Below, piece after piece: positions 19,701-26,839 of a stretch of DNA of 64,000 bases. Source of the stretch: Fimbriimonadales bacterium. GTDB lineage: Bacteria; Armatimonadota; Fimbriimonadia; Fimbriimonadales; JABRVX01. The stretch spans positions 1 to 64,000 of the forward strand of contig BTVI01000010.1 of assembly GCA_045862955.1 (NCBI GenBank), written 5' to 3'. The translations under genes and the position numbers were made by a program. The notes beneath the pieces were generated by a model that saw only the letters and a list, made by a program, of their open reading frames with translations, had not been told where the DNA came from and did no database searches. Each line of letters begins with the position of its first letter. Within the stretch, counting starts at the first letter, position 1.

Positions 19701-20079
19701 GCCGACACCGGCGGCAGTGGGCAGCACTGTCAGCGTTGGAGGCAATACCAGCTTCTACACCGTGGACTACACGCGCGGCAAGGTGTATTTCACTCTGGCT
19801 GACGCTGGAAGGAACGTCAACATATCCTATGTATCTGCAGGCGGTGGCAGCCTTCAGGTGTCTGCTACCGTAGACTGGATCTCCGAGGCGGAAGAGACCA
19901 CGGTGCCCATCGAGCGAAGCATCGCCGAGTCGCAACTGTGTGCCTTCGCTGATCCCAGCACCGAGCGCGGACGGCCGGACTTCATCTGGCTGTTCTGGAC
20001 TAGCACACGTGACGGAGCTTCCGACGTGTACTTCCAGACCATCAGCCCACGATTCGACATCGTTCCGGCTGGAAGATAG
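13780..20079 (+). CDS. Giant secreted PQQ-like beta-propeller protein with two golvesin/Xly-CBD-like domains (candidate PilY1-equivalent adhesin)
   Basis: Sec signal from ATG 13780; DWPVHRGNQQRTG; repeats such as SPAYKDGVVYFGTTEGRIYALDA..KW; duplicated FPSSG...ADAA domain. Confidence 0.65.
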   Translation: MKHTRWLIGVAMCALLVSASVAQNDWPVHRGNQQRTGLNDKADGPNLTQLTWWWPLKKYELPTVAVDNDNSDVPPLVSRTGTWVVPDPANQAVGFVGEDYEYALCVAATSVDDPTAGATRTFRWTLRPAVTQVAHYALYVQFPSSGTTLPGNTRVTPNALEAVYKVEWTQDGVSRSRVYRVSQTVGGYKVRIGGAAVFPASSTSPVYLTLYNTVPVQDNGFGEIVPIENPDNAIVVADAAYLANPPASAQSSPVVVHHGGIPHIYITRNIGSVDPSDPSGIDAQTQGELVCVVPPTATVPEAVAKWVWSPSQQANVNNVVDDRSSGFTKDAAWVEATETAGDFYGDRSFETSVTLSTVTTEWNNARWEPKLSASDNFDIYVWFPSSGDTHLNTRHARYIVHYFDPDNGLSEDVIDNVNQEEGGKWVRIGNRSYPNDPERGQLWLEIVNFSPDPGDDGRYVQADAAMFVGSYQGSMVTTPATANVRVKMRDGSTQNRDVVFVADQAGYVYMVDAIGDRGRTWAYWSYPSTPNTNDPNWEDPNKDADNGAPTIGGFLRTTATVARVGNKDILFIGSTNGRMYAIDCEGRGDYDERTATTGTTQRIWTYPDAVPDVDKSKEKNYASVVVGSPAYKDGVVYFGTTEGRIYALDAAGEGNGTTREKWIYPGRALDGQTEEDPIGAIVGTVSVITTGDGANLVVFGTAPYQLAPGDRYSGRVIALDADGSSNRRTTRRWVYPPLGDTTQVGNFSYGGPCYVPDIQVYQNVSARYDVVYIGSEDGRVYYINARNGELLYRGDKGLGGAIRSAPTFAQVVPHEQLPPSRDSIIVSTAAGDLIALNAREYGTVSPDRLGDAHWAGQLTEQAEIFGSVAIANGYMYALTTTGRLLAFSDQAAPSDYDEGWEAFQETEPPDQSDDIDLKDTIVKRISRDDYNRLRALTPDSTSPTPYDMNTVNDTVLEWGSTIYLVAYNFYIENEGGTVTFQLKGPSNTPRVSAPVKRYTENNPARKPCFAVYAYIVQGSRQAPFTPGEEYWIEATVRPPSGAAVGPFEMAPKPLLIANPLAVRVLNPKGGAANSEIGWTVNSTDNYVKINGSGGKENTVIAYQGEINHGMRGSTLIEVADRSLLLFSTGRSLRQVMGTRLDLQFRGGAAAMYKPLPWDIPPVGFPNPSPDYPDIDRRQLGLWSDPLGTRNNLVNNAVGLPNPLGDETARSLVGLPVELETDVPMYQPANIRDGYLAKVYVWVDVDSDKRISGVSTSIVTDLPTAGAEAYRSLSTSLNIPPDEKLAIVEPTIDLGQLAHGVGWTPEPPRSNNNKYFHSSWINQTGGPYDAFFKPFTVLSYSNVNMLNLRVASLLNQLPVSGPVSDPALRPVGFFGDGLNPLAWLGADQALVSNLDPRFQPAVTLHKPRPGDRSPTSLRIPDAPYGTTDPNADPPMLGVAVPIGQPVGTYTQYIRVFEDLYNGRNLALDIDPVTNRAFETISEPAPRVKFTVRESRLTSNTEPGSLYQFDYPPTSTNPFRYANVGPAAYRDRRTGAMVVAFASQRENATDLNAPAGAVGNWSIYTGRLGVQQAQFNGTVPPPLLDLYAWRNATTDKWWQLGGGPYPGTSPDSLFTELPGTIVPDSEQYFEPTFPVNINDMPRPYLFWQGSVKKLFQGQEYTEYATFYSEISPSTGRLGTINRVTGNTGGSAIDAAMPRYRPIVLGDGTGARIFWYGGTTGRYSLFVNETPTVDNPNSWSRPVRIGIPSSLASAKDPYPVAGPGGRIDLIYSGVMKDRNTNELFLATYGPDGPGGVINWERPRARARIRDEVAVLDTARGNVWRTQGIDWAIGGPGSGLDIAVNGRSILGQGERDSSNERIRYQSTLGGYVVVDPAAGTITFPSIAPGPQDIVTVSYTPRVMRLTPSNLGGHTEPVQFVDSRPIGNLAYTFRSTGAAAQANDYVPVDRRWVLYKRGSTAPGQSMTPYYQTYRVGVNLPTPAAVGSTVSVGGNTSFYTVDYTRGKVYFTLADAGRNVNISYVSAGGGSLQVSATVDWISEAEETTVPIERSIAESQLCAFADPSTERGRPDFIWLFWTSTRDGASDVYFQTISPRFDIVPAGR

Positions 20080-20086
20080 GGAATAT

Positions 20087-20122
20087 CTGCCGTGCAGCCG
20101 AGGATTCGCGGCTGCACGGCAG
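20087..20122 (+). terminator. Perfect 14-bp stem hairpin after the giant-protein cassette
   Basis: CTGCCGTGCAGCCG / CGGCTGCACGGCAG with an 8-nt loop; no clear U tract. Confidence 0.55.
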
Positions 20123-20200
20123 GACTCTTCGCCCGTTCGATGAACCTTTCCTTAGCCCCGCTCGTCATGGCTAAGGAAGGCTGAGCCGTTCGTGTCCGCG

Positions 20201-20230
20201 TTGACTTTCGGCCCCGCTGGGCTGTATAGT
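20201..20230 (+). promoter_or_regulatory. Putative sigma70 promoter for the pilM operon
   Basis: TTGACT-N18-TATAGT, 36 nt upstream of pilM ATG. Confidence 0.55.
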
Positions 20231-20266
20231 TGGCGTTGCCGAAGCGGCAGATGGAGAAGGAACTTC

Positions 20267-21571
20267 ATGGCGAAAACATTAAGTTCTGCGGTCGGCATAG
20301 ACATCGGTACGGATACCATAAAGATCGCGGAACTCAGAGCAGGCAGGGATAGGCCGACGCTCGCCGCAGTGGCCATCGTCCCAACACCTAGGGACGGCGT
20401 GGATCACAACGGCATCTTCGAGCCCGGAGTGGTGGCCGCCGCAATCAAGGCCGCCTTTGCCGAAGCCGGCGTCACGACGAAGCAAACGGTGATGGGCATC
20501 TCGGGCCAGGCGTCTGTCGTGGTGCGAATGCTGGAAGTTCCCAAGATGACTCCCACGGAGCTGAAAGAGCACATGCAGTGGGAGATCCAGCGCAACATCC
20601 CCTTCGCCGAGACCACCATCGTCTCCGACTACGCGCGCGTCTCTACCCCATACGAGGCCCCGGACGCACAGCAGATGGACGTGGTTCTGGCCGTCGCGCC
20701 GCAGTCGGCAATAGACACCATCGTCTCGGTGATGACCGCAGCGGGCCTAGACCCGGTCGGCATAGACGTGCAGGCGATGGCGATCTCGCGGCTGCTCTGC
20801 CTCGGCGGAGCCGAGGGTCAGCCCCCCGTAATGGTGGTGAACATCGGCAGAAGCACCACCTCGATCGACGTATTTACTGCCGGTCTTCTCAGCTTCCCGC
20901 GCGTGCTTCCGCTCGGTGGAGACACCTTTACGCAGGCCATCGCCGACTCCATGTCGTTGACGATCGAGGAGGCCGAAGACCTCAAGCTGCGCAAGGCCGA
21001 GGTGCTGGTGGAGCGGCTGGGCTTCGCGCCAGCACCGCCACCACCACCACAGGACTTCGCTCCGCAACCGGAGGCCTATCAACCGTACGATCCCTATGTG
21101 GACGTTTCCGACCAGGGCCCCGTATTCGAGGTGGAGCCCGACATAGAACCCACCCCTCCGGCACAGGAGGATTACGGCGGATACGATGCCGGTGAGCCGT
21201 CCTACGCGCCGGAACCGCCCGCGCCTGCCGACCATTCGCTCGCGAGCTACGACCCCGATACGCAGAGGGTCTTCGATGCGATCATGCCGACGCTAGAGGA
21301 GTTGACGTCCGAGGTAAGACGGTCGGTCGAGTACTTCCGAGGACGGGGTGCGGGTAGCGAGGTGAGCCACATCCTGCTCACTGGTGGCGGATCGCAGCTG
21401 AGGCGTCTGCCCGAGTTTTTCGAGGCAGCGCTCGGAGTGCCTGCCAAGCCGTTCGATGTGATTAACCTGGTGCAGCTCGGAATGCGCAGGCAGACCGAAG
21501 ATTTCGTCAAGGCGAACGCGCCGGCGCTCTCCGTGGCAATCGGAATGGCGCTACACGCGTTCGAGGAGTAG
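20267..21571 (+). CDS. pilM: Type IV pilus assembly protein PilM
   Basis: VGIDIGTDTIKIAEL, VVNIGRSTT, LPLGGDTFTQAIA, ILLTGGGSQL, VAIGMAL actin-like motifs; ATG 20267 with RBS. Confidence 0.93.
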   Translation: MAKTLSSAVGIDIGTDTIKIAELRAGRDRPTLAAVAIVPTPRDGVDHNGIFEPGVVAAAIKAAFAEAGVTTKQTVMGISGQASVVVRMLEVPKMTPTELKEHMQWEIQRNIPFAETTIVSDYARVSTPYEAPDAQQMDVVLAVAPQSAIDTIVSVMTAAGLDPVGIDVQAMAISRLLCLGGAEGQPPVMVVNIGRSTTSIDVFTAGLLSFPRVLPLGGDTFTQAIADSMSLTIEEAEDLKLRKAEVLVERLGFAPAPPPPPQDFAPQPEAYQPYDPYVDVSDQGPVFEVEPDIEPTPPAQEDYGGYDAGEPSYAPEPPAPADHSLASYDPDTQRVFDAIMPTLEELTSEVRRSVEYFRGRGAGSEVSHILLTGGGSQLRRLPEFFEAALGVPAKPFDVINLVQLGMRRQTEDFVKANAPALSVAIGMALHAFEE

Positions 21572-21581
21572 GGGCCGAAGA

Positions 21582-22577
21582 ATGAAGCTCAATCTGCTTC
21601 CGGGATACATACGTCAGGCCAAGAGGAACCGCAATGCGCTGTTCCTGATGGTCATTTTCGTCCTCGCCACCCTGCTCGCATTCGGCTATTGGACTATATC
21701 GGTTAAGCAGCAGCTCGCGGAAGCGCAGAACAAGGACCGAGAGCTGACTCCTCAGGCAGAGGAGGTCGTGCGCATCGCCGCGAGCGCCGACCAGATCTAT
21801 CAGGACAACGCGATCCTGTTCCGCAACGTGGAGCTCACCTGGTACATCACCGAGCACAATAAGAAATACCCCCGGCTCTATCGCAAAATGGCCAGCCTCC
21901 TCCCTTCGTATATGCGGCTGGTTTCCATGAGCGCTGGGGACATCGATGTGTCGAAGGGCGCCGAGCCCGTTTGGCCCGGGATGTCCACGAGCGGAGCGAC
22001 ACCCACGCCGCCACCGCAGCCCCAGCAACCGTCACCCGGCCCTCCGCAAGGTGGGCTCACGCAGCAGGTCGCCCCGCAGCCGACCGGTGCCTCCACCTGT
22101 ACCGTGCGCATGCGCGCTGTGCTCGGAAACTACGCCCAGTACTCGGACATGATGATTGCGCTCCTTCGTGACCGAGATTTCGTGCTTCAGGTCGCGCGCT
22201 CGGGCTTCGATCAGAATCAGACCGGTTTCGAGGGTCTGGAAGGCATGGGCGGGCCCGCGGCGGTTGGTGCTGGAGGGCTCGGGGGTGAGACGTCCGCTGG
22301 CGGACGGCCGGCGCCTCCCGGCTGGTCAACCGTTGATGTCGTCTGTCAGGTCCGGTTCAACCTGGTGCCACCGAACCCGAGAAACGCTTTGATGGCAGCC
22401 GCCACAGGAGGTGGGGCAGGTGCAGCTTCGGGATTTGCGGGGGGCGCGGCCCCGCCGTCGGGCATGATGCCCGGACCACCCGGCCCAGGCCCTACGATGG
22501 CTCCTGGCCCTGGTCCAACGGGGCCAGGACCGGCAGCGGGTCCGCCTAAGGCAGGCACGGCAAGGGAGGACAGATAG
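21582..22577 (+). CDS. pilN: PilN-like bitopic membrane protein
   Basis: N-terminal LNLLP (INLLP PilM-binding motif), TM helix, coiled coil; position after pilM. Confidence 0.8.
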   Translation: MKLNLLPGYIRQAKRNRNALFLMVIFVLATLLAFGYWTISVKQQLAEAQNKDRELTPQAEEVVRIAASADQIYQDNAILFRNVELTWYITEHNKKYPRLYRKMASLLPSYMRLVSMSAGDIDVSKGAEPVWPGMSTSGATPTPPPQPQQPSPGPPQGGLTQQVAPQPTGASTCTVRMRAVLGNYAQYSDMMIALLRDRDFVLQVARSGFDQNQTGFEGLEGMGGPAAVGAGGLGGETSAGGRPAPPGWSTVDVVCQVRFNLVPPNPRNALMAAATGGGAGAASGFAGGAAPPSGMMPGPPGPGPTMAPGPGPTGPGPAAGPPKAGTAREDR

Positions 22578-22580
22578 GCC

Positions 22581-23378
22581 ATGCGAAGAATGACCCTGGC
22601 CCAGATCCTGGCTGGAGGAATCGTCTTGGCAGTGCTGATCGCCTCTGGCCTGTATCTGCTGGTCATCTCCCCGACGCAAAAAAAGCTGGAGTACCAGAAC
22701 GCTCGGAATGCAGCACTGGAGCAGGTGATCGCGCAGCGTCCGCAGGCCGAGAACCGTGTGCGGCAGGCGAAAGAAGAGCAGGCTGCCGTTGCTGCCGAGT
22801 GGGCAAGCTACATCGCACGAAAGTCACCGCCAACCAGCGTGATCAACCTCGATCAGAATCGGTGGCGACTCACGACGCAGTTCCGGTCGTTCCGTAACAA
22901 ACTGCAAGCCGACCTGTTCGCGCACATGCGAAAGACCGGCGTCAACGTGCTCTCTGGCCCGACCGTTCCCGGTGCCGGAGACGATCCGAACCAGCTCGTC
23001 TCGAACTATTTCAACTACCCGACTCTGCCTTACCCCTGTGCCATTCTGCCCGTTGGGACGATGCAGGTCTCGGGCACATTCAGCAAGATTCTCCAGCACG
23101 TCGAGGCATGGAATCGGTTGCCGAACTACATCGCACTCGCGGATGGGCTACAGCTCTCTGGTACGTCGCCGAACTTGGTCGGGACCTATTCACTGCTCGT
23201 GCTCGTCTTTCCTAGAGGTGAGTACATCAACGATGAACCCGTTCCGTGGTTCGGGGGCTCTGCGGACGCAAGCGGCGGCATGCCAATGGGAATGCCGGGA
23301 ATCGGCGGGCCCACAGTCGGCCCGACGGTCGGCCCCGGCGGTCCGGCTTCAGGACCGAGAATGCTAAAGGGACGGTAG
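22581..23378 (+). CDS. pilO: PilO-like bitopic membrane protein
   Basis: TM helix, coiled coil, MQVSGTFSKILQHVEAWNRLP PilO-like motif; position in operon. Confidence 0.7.
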   Translation: MRRMTLAQILAGGIVLAVLIASGLYLLVISPTQKKLEYQNARNAALEQVIAQRPQAENRVRQAKEEQAAVAAEWASYIARKSPPTSVINLDQNRWRLTTQFRSFRNKLQADLFAHMRKTGVNVLSGPTVPGAGDDPNQLVSNYFNYPTLPYPCAILPVGTMQVSGTFSKILQHVEAWNRLPNYIALADGLQLSGTSPNLVGTYSLLVLVFPRGEYINDEPVPWFGGSADASGGMPMGMPGIGGPTVGPTVGPGGPASGPRMLKGR

Positions 23379-23393
23379 GTTGGAGGCGAAGAC

Positions 23394-24245
23394 GTGAGTA
23401 ACGCATCGAGCGGCAAGAAGAAAACGGTACTGATCGTAGCCCTGGTGGTGGTGCTCATTGCCGTTGCCGCTGTGGCGATGATGATGTTCATGCCCTCGGG
23501 TGGCGGCGAGGAGGAGAGTACGCCGCTGGCGGGTGGCGGCTTCGAAGGCATGCCCGCGGGTGGCGCCGTGCCGGCCGGGATGCAGGCGCCCGAAGAAGTC
23601 GTCCCAGTGACCCCCGTCGCCGGCGTGGCCGTCAAGAAGCGCACCGCCGTAGGAATGCCAGAGGGCTCCGCAGCCTATCCACGGATCCGCTACGTTGCCC
23701 GCGCCGACCCGTTCTCGGTTCTCCCCGTGGAGAAGGCAGCGGACGAGCGGGCGAGGCAGCAGCAGCTTCTGGCGATGCTCGGCGACTTCCAACTGTTCGC
23801 AGAGCCGAAGCCGAAGCCAGTCAACCCGGCGCTGATCCCGGTCGAGGCTCAGCCCTATCGCAGGCTTTCGGGTATCGTTCGCGGAGAGGCGGTTGCGGCC
23901 ATTCTTGAAGTGCCTGGAGTGTCCGACCCGGTAGTAGTGCGACCGGGTGACAAGGTGGGAGAGTGGACCGTCCGCTCGATTGACAACGAGAAGCTGGTCC
24001 TGGTTCGCTCGGGCGACAAGCGTCCGAACACCGTAGAGGTGAAGCTCGAGGCGCTTCCCGCCAACCTGGCCTCGTCTGGAACCGGCATAGGTTCGGGCGG
24101 TCCGACCATGGGAGGTATGGCACCGGGCCCAGGCCCGGGCGCCGGCATCGGCGGACCGACGGTGGGCCCGGGTGCATACGGCCCGCGCGGCGGGCGTGGT
24201 CCGACCGGCATCGGCCCGAGCGGTGGTGGCGGTCCGAGTCGATAG
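23394..24245 (+). CDS. PilP/GspC-like protein with TM anchor
   Basis: RADPF motif, RLSGIV..AAILE..VVRPGDKVGEWTVRSID beta domain; position in operon; no lipobox. Confidence 0.65.
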   Translation: MSNASSGKKKTVLIVALVVVLIAVAAVAMMMFMPSGGGEEESTPLAGGGFEGMPAGGAVPAGMQAPEEVVPVTPVAGVAVKKRTAVGMPEGSAAYPRIRYVARADPFSVLPVEKAADERARQQQLLAMLGDFQLFAEPKPKPVNPALIPVEAQPYRRLSGIVRGEAVAAILEVPGVSDPVVVRPGDKVGEWTVRSIDNEKLVLVRSGDKRPNTVEVKLEALPANLASSGTGIGSGGPTMGGMAPGPGPGAGIGGPTVGPGAYGPRGGRGPTGIGPSGGGGPSR

Positions 24246-24302
24246 AACGGGAGTAACGCAAGCAAGTTCGCAGCGTATTACAGTTCGGAGGTGTGTCCTC
24301 AG

Positions 24303-25076
24303 ATGAAGCGAAGTTGGTTTTTGAGCATCGTGGCGCTGATGGCGCTGTGGGTCTGCATGGCAGTCGTACCGGCGCAGGCGCAGGGTGAGGAGAAGATGGT
24401 CACCATCGAACTGAACCAGGCGGACATCCGATTCGCCTTGAAGGCTCTGTTCGACCCGACCGGCTATAACTACAGCATCGACCCTGCTATTCAAGGCACG
24501 GTCACCGTGCGCTTGAAGGACGTTCCGTTCTCGGTCGCCCTGCGCAACATCTTGTCGCAGGTCAAGGCCTCGTACCGCGTAGTGGGAGGGGTCTATGAGA
24601 TCGTTCTGCGGGAGGAGTCGATTGCTCCCCCGCCAGACCTGGGAACGTCCGAGACGCCAGAAGTGGCCACGGAGACAGAGCGGGTGATCCGTATCCCGGT
24701 GTACCATGCCGATCCGAACTTCATCCTCGGGGTGATTTCGGGCCGGGCCCCCGAGATTCCTGAGATCACGACCCTATCTGGCATGGGTGGCGGAGGCTAC
24801 GGTGGCGGCTACGGCGGCTATGGTGGAGGCTTCGGCGGTCTCGGTGGCGGCTATGGCGGCTACGGAGGTGGCTTCGGTGGTCTCGGTGGCGGCTATGGTG
24901 GATACGGCGGAGGCTTCGGCGGTCTAGGCGGTGGCTTCCGCGGTGGCGGTGGCTATGGCGGCTACGGTGGCGGCGGGTATGGCGGCCTCGGCGGCGGCTT
25001 CAGCGGCGGTGGCTTCCGCGGCGGCGGTGGCTATGGCGGCTACGGTGGTGGCTACGGCGGCGGTTTTGGCAGGTAG
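24303..25076 (+). CDS. Secretin N-terminal (STN/N0) domain protein with Gly/Tyr/Phe-rich tail
   Basis: Sec signal; VTIELNQADIRFALKAL...VTVRLKDVPFSVALRNIL; RIPVYHADP; no secretin barrel; RBS GGAGGTG. Confidence 0.75.
   Translation: MKRSWFLSIVALMALWVCMAVVPAQAQGEEKMVTIELNQADIRFALKALFDPTGYNYSIDPAIQGTVTVRLKDVPFSVALRNILSQVKASYRVVGGVYEIVLREESIAPPPDLGTSETPEVATETERVIRIPVYHADPNFILGVISGRAPEIPEITTLSGMGGGGYGGGYGGYGGGFGGLGGGYGGYGGGFGGLGGGYGGYGGGFGGLGGGFRGGGGYGGYGGGGYGGLGGGFSGGGFRGGGGYGGYGGGYGGGFGR
24786..25073 (+). repeat. Coding low-complexity repeat (GGYGGYGGGFGGLG)n
   Basis: Imperfect tandem units visible in the DNA and its translation; synonymous variation between units. Confidence 0.85.
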
Positions 25077-25114
25077 TACGTAGGCAAACGATCTCACGGA
25101 GGAGGAACGAGGAC

Positions 25115-26773
25115 ATGCTCTATCGCCTGGCGGTATGCCTGAGCGTGCTGATGGGTGTATTCCCCATGAGCACGGCTCAGACGACCGATGTTTTGAAGTC
25201 GAAGGTGACGCTGCACCTCCAAAACGCCGACCTGCACGCAGTGTTGCAGGCGGTGATGCAGCAGACAGGAGCGCAGTTCGTCTTCGTCACCTCCGACGAA
25301 GAGTTCGCGCCGGTAACGGTGCGGCTGGTGGACCAGCCACTGGAGACGGCGGTCAAGTACATATGTATGTCAGCGAAGGCGTCGTACCGCGTCGAACCGG
25401 GCGGCGTCTTCGTCATCTCCCATCTTGGTAGCGTGCTGCCACCCGATGAGAACACGAGGGGTACAGAGGCCGCAGTGCCGGAGCCTGTGGCACCACGCGA
25501 AGTGGCAAAGGCGCCAGAGATTACTACCAAGATCTTTCTGAACTCCGCACACCCGAAGGACGTGATCAACGCTCTGTTCATGCGTGATCGCGAGGTGTAC
25601 GAGAACTCCGTGGCCATGCTGCAGTTCATGCTGAATGGTAAGCGCGAATGGCCGAGGCCCGGACTGCAGACGACCCTGCTGTACGCCGGAGATCCCGTCC
25701 GCTCCTACCCGCTCGGCGAAGACGTGGTGACGCCCGAGGGTGGCACCGTTCCCACGGGAGCGAACCGCTCCGGCGGCGTGAACGTCTTCGGGGCGCAGAT
25801 CGGACGCGGTGGAGGCATCGGGCCGACGGGCGGCGGTGGACAGATCGGTGGCCCGGGCGGCGTTGGGCCCGGCGGAGTTGGCGGTCAGACCGGAACCGGC
25901 CAGGGTCAGCTCCCCAGCGAGAGCCTGATTCCCGACGGCATCCGAATGATCAGCTATGACCCAACCGACAACAGCATCGTCGTGAAGGGCACGGAAGAGG
26001 CGATTGACGAGCTGAAGCGATACGTCACCATGTTCGACGTTCGTCCGCAGCAGGTGATGGTGAAGGTAGAGTTCGTGACCGTACTGACGAACCGCTCGGA
26101 CAGCTTCGGCATTGACTGGCTATACCAAAGGGTGAACTTCTCGATGGGCAATACGCCAGGTACGTTCGCGGTGACTGGCGACCCCATCTTCGTAAACTTC
26201 TCCTCTGGCAACGTGGTCTCGCGTTTGCGTGCACGATTGCTCAGCGGCGAGGGCAAGGTGGTTAACGCGCCGCTGATCACCACCCTTAATAACCAGCCCG
26301 CAACCATCCAGTCGGTGCTGTACATCTGGGTCCCGCGAGTCCAGACCATCGGGTTCGGCGGCGGTCAGGTGCAGACGCAGACCATTCCGGAGCAGGTCAC
26401 GGTGCCGAGCTTTCTCAGCGTCGCTCCCCGCGTGAACCGGGACGGAACGATCACGATCTCCGTCGCACCGCAGATCAGCGAACTCGGGCAGGTTCGTAAG
26501 TTCCCGGACGGAGGCGAGTACCCGGACCAGACGGAGCAGTCCGCCCTGGTGACCCGCATCATCAAGAGCGGCGAGACCATGGTGCTCGGAGGTCTGACCC
26601 GTAAGCAGAACACCACCTCCTACCTGCGGTACCCAATCCTCGGGGACCTGCCTATCCTGGGCCAGTTCTTCCGAACCAAGAGCCGGACCATCGAGGAGAG
26701 CGAACTGCTCATCTTTATCACCCCGTCGGTGATCCCGGACGAGGACTCGCCGGGAATGGGCTTCGGCCCGTAG
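25115..26773 (+). CDS. pilQ: Secretin (PilQ/GspD family)
   Basis: STN domain, N3 domain (DPTDNSIVVKGT), QVMVKVEFV, PLITTLNNQPATI, IKSGETMVLGGL, YPILGDLPILGQFFR, ELLIFITP. Confidence 0.9.
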   Translation: MLYRLAVCLSVLMGVFPMSTAQTTDVLKSKVTLHLQNADLHAVLQAVMQQTGAQFVFVTSDEEFAPVTVRLVDQPLETAVKYICMSAKASYRVEPGGVFVISHLGSVLPPDENTRGTEAAVPEPVAPREVAKAPEITTKIFLNSAHPKDVINALFMRDREVYENSVAMLQFMLNGKREWPRPGLQTTLLYAGDPVRSYPLGEDVVTPEGGTVPTGANRSGGVNVFGAQIGRGGGIGPTGGGGQIGGPGGVGPGGVGGQTGTGQGQLPSESLIPDGIRMISYDPTDNSIVVKGTEEAIDELKRYVTMFDVRPQQVMVKVEFVTVLTNRSDSFGIDWLYQRVNFSMGNTPGTFAVTGDPIFVNFSSGNVVSRLRARLLSGEGKVVNAPLITTLNNQPATIQSVLYIWVPRVQTIGFGGGQVQTQTIPEQVTVPSFLSVAPRVNRDGTITISVAPQISELGQVRKFPDGGEYPDQTEQSALVTRIIKSGETMVLGGLTRKQNTTSYLRYPILGDLPILGQFFRTKSRTIEESELLIFITPSVIPDEDSPGMGFGP

Positions 26774-26795
26774 GGAGACCGGGGGATTGAGGAGT

Positions 26796-26828
26796 GGCCG
26801 GCAGCAGCGGATCCAGCTGCTGCCGGCC
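26796..26828 (+). terminator. Perfect 13-bp stem hairpin between secretin and aroK
   Basis: GGCCGGCAGCAGC / GCTGCTGCCGGCC followed by TTCGTCTT. Confidence 0.5.
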
Positions 26829-26839
26829 TTCGTCTTGCG

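Noticed and set aside
24786..25073. Tandem repeats as CRISPR or VNTR
   Set aside because: In-frame Gly codon repeats with synonymous variation and no unique spacers
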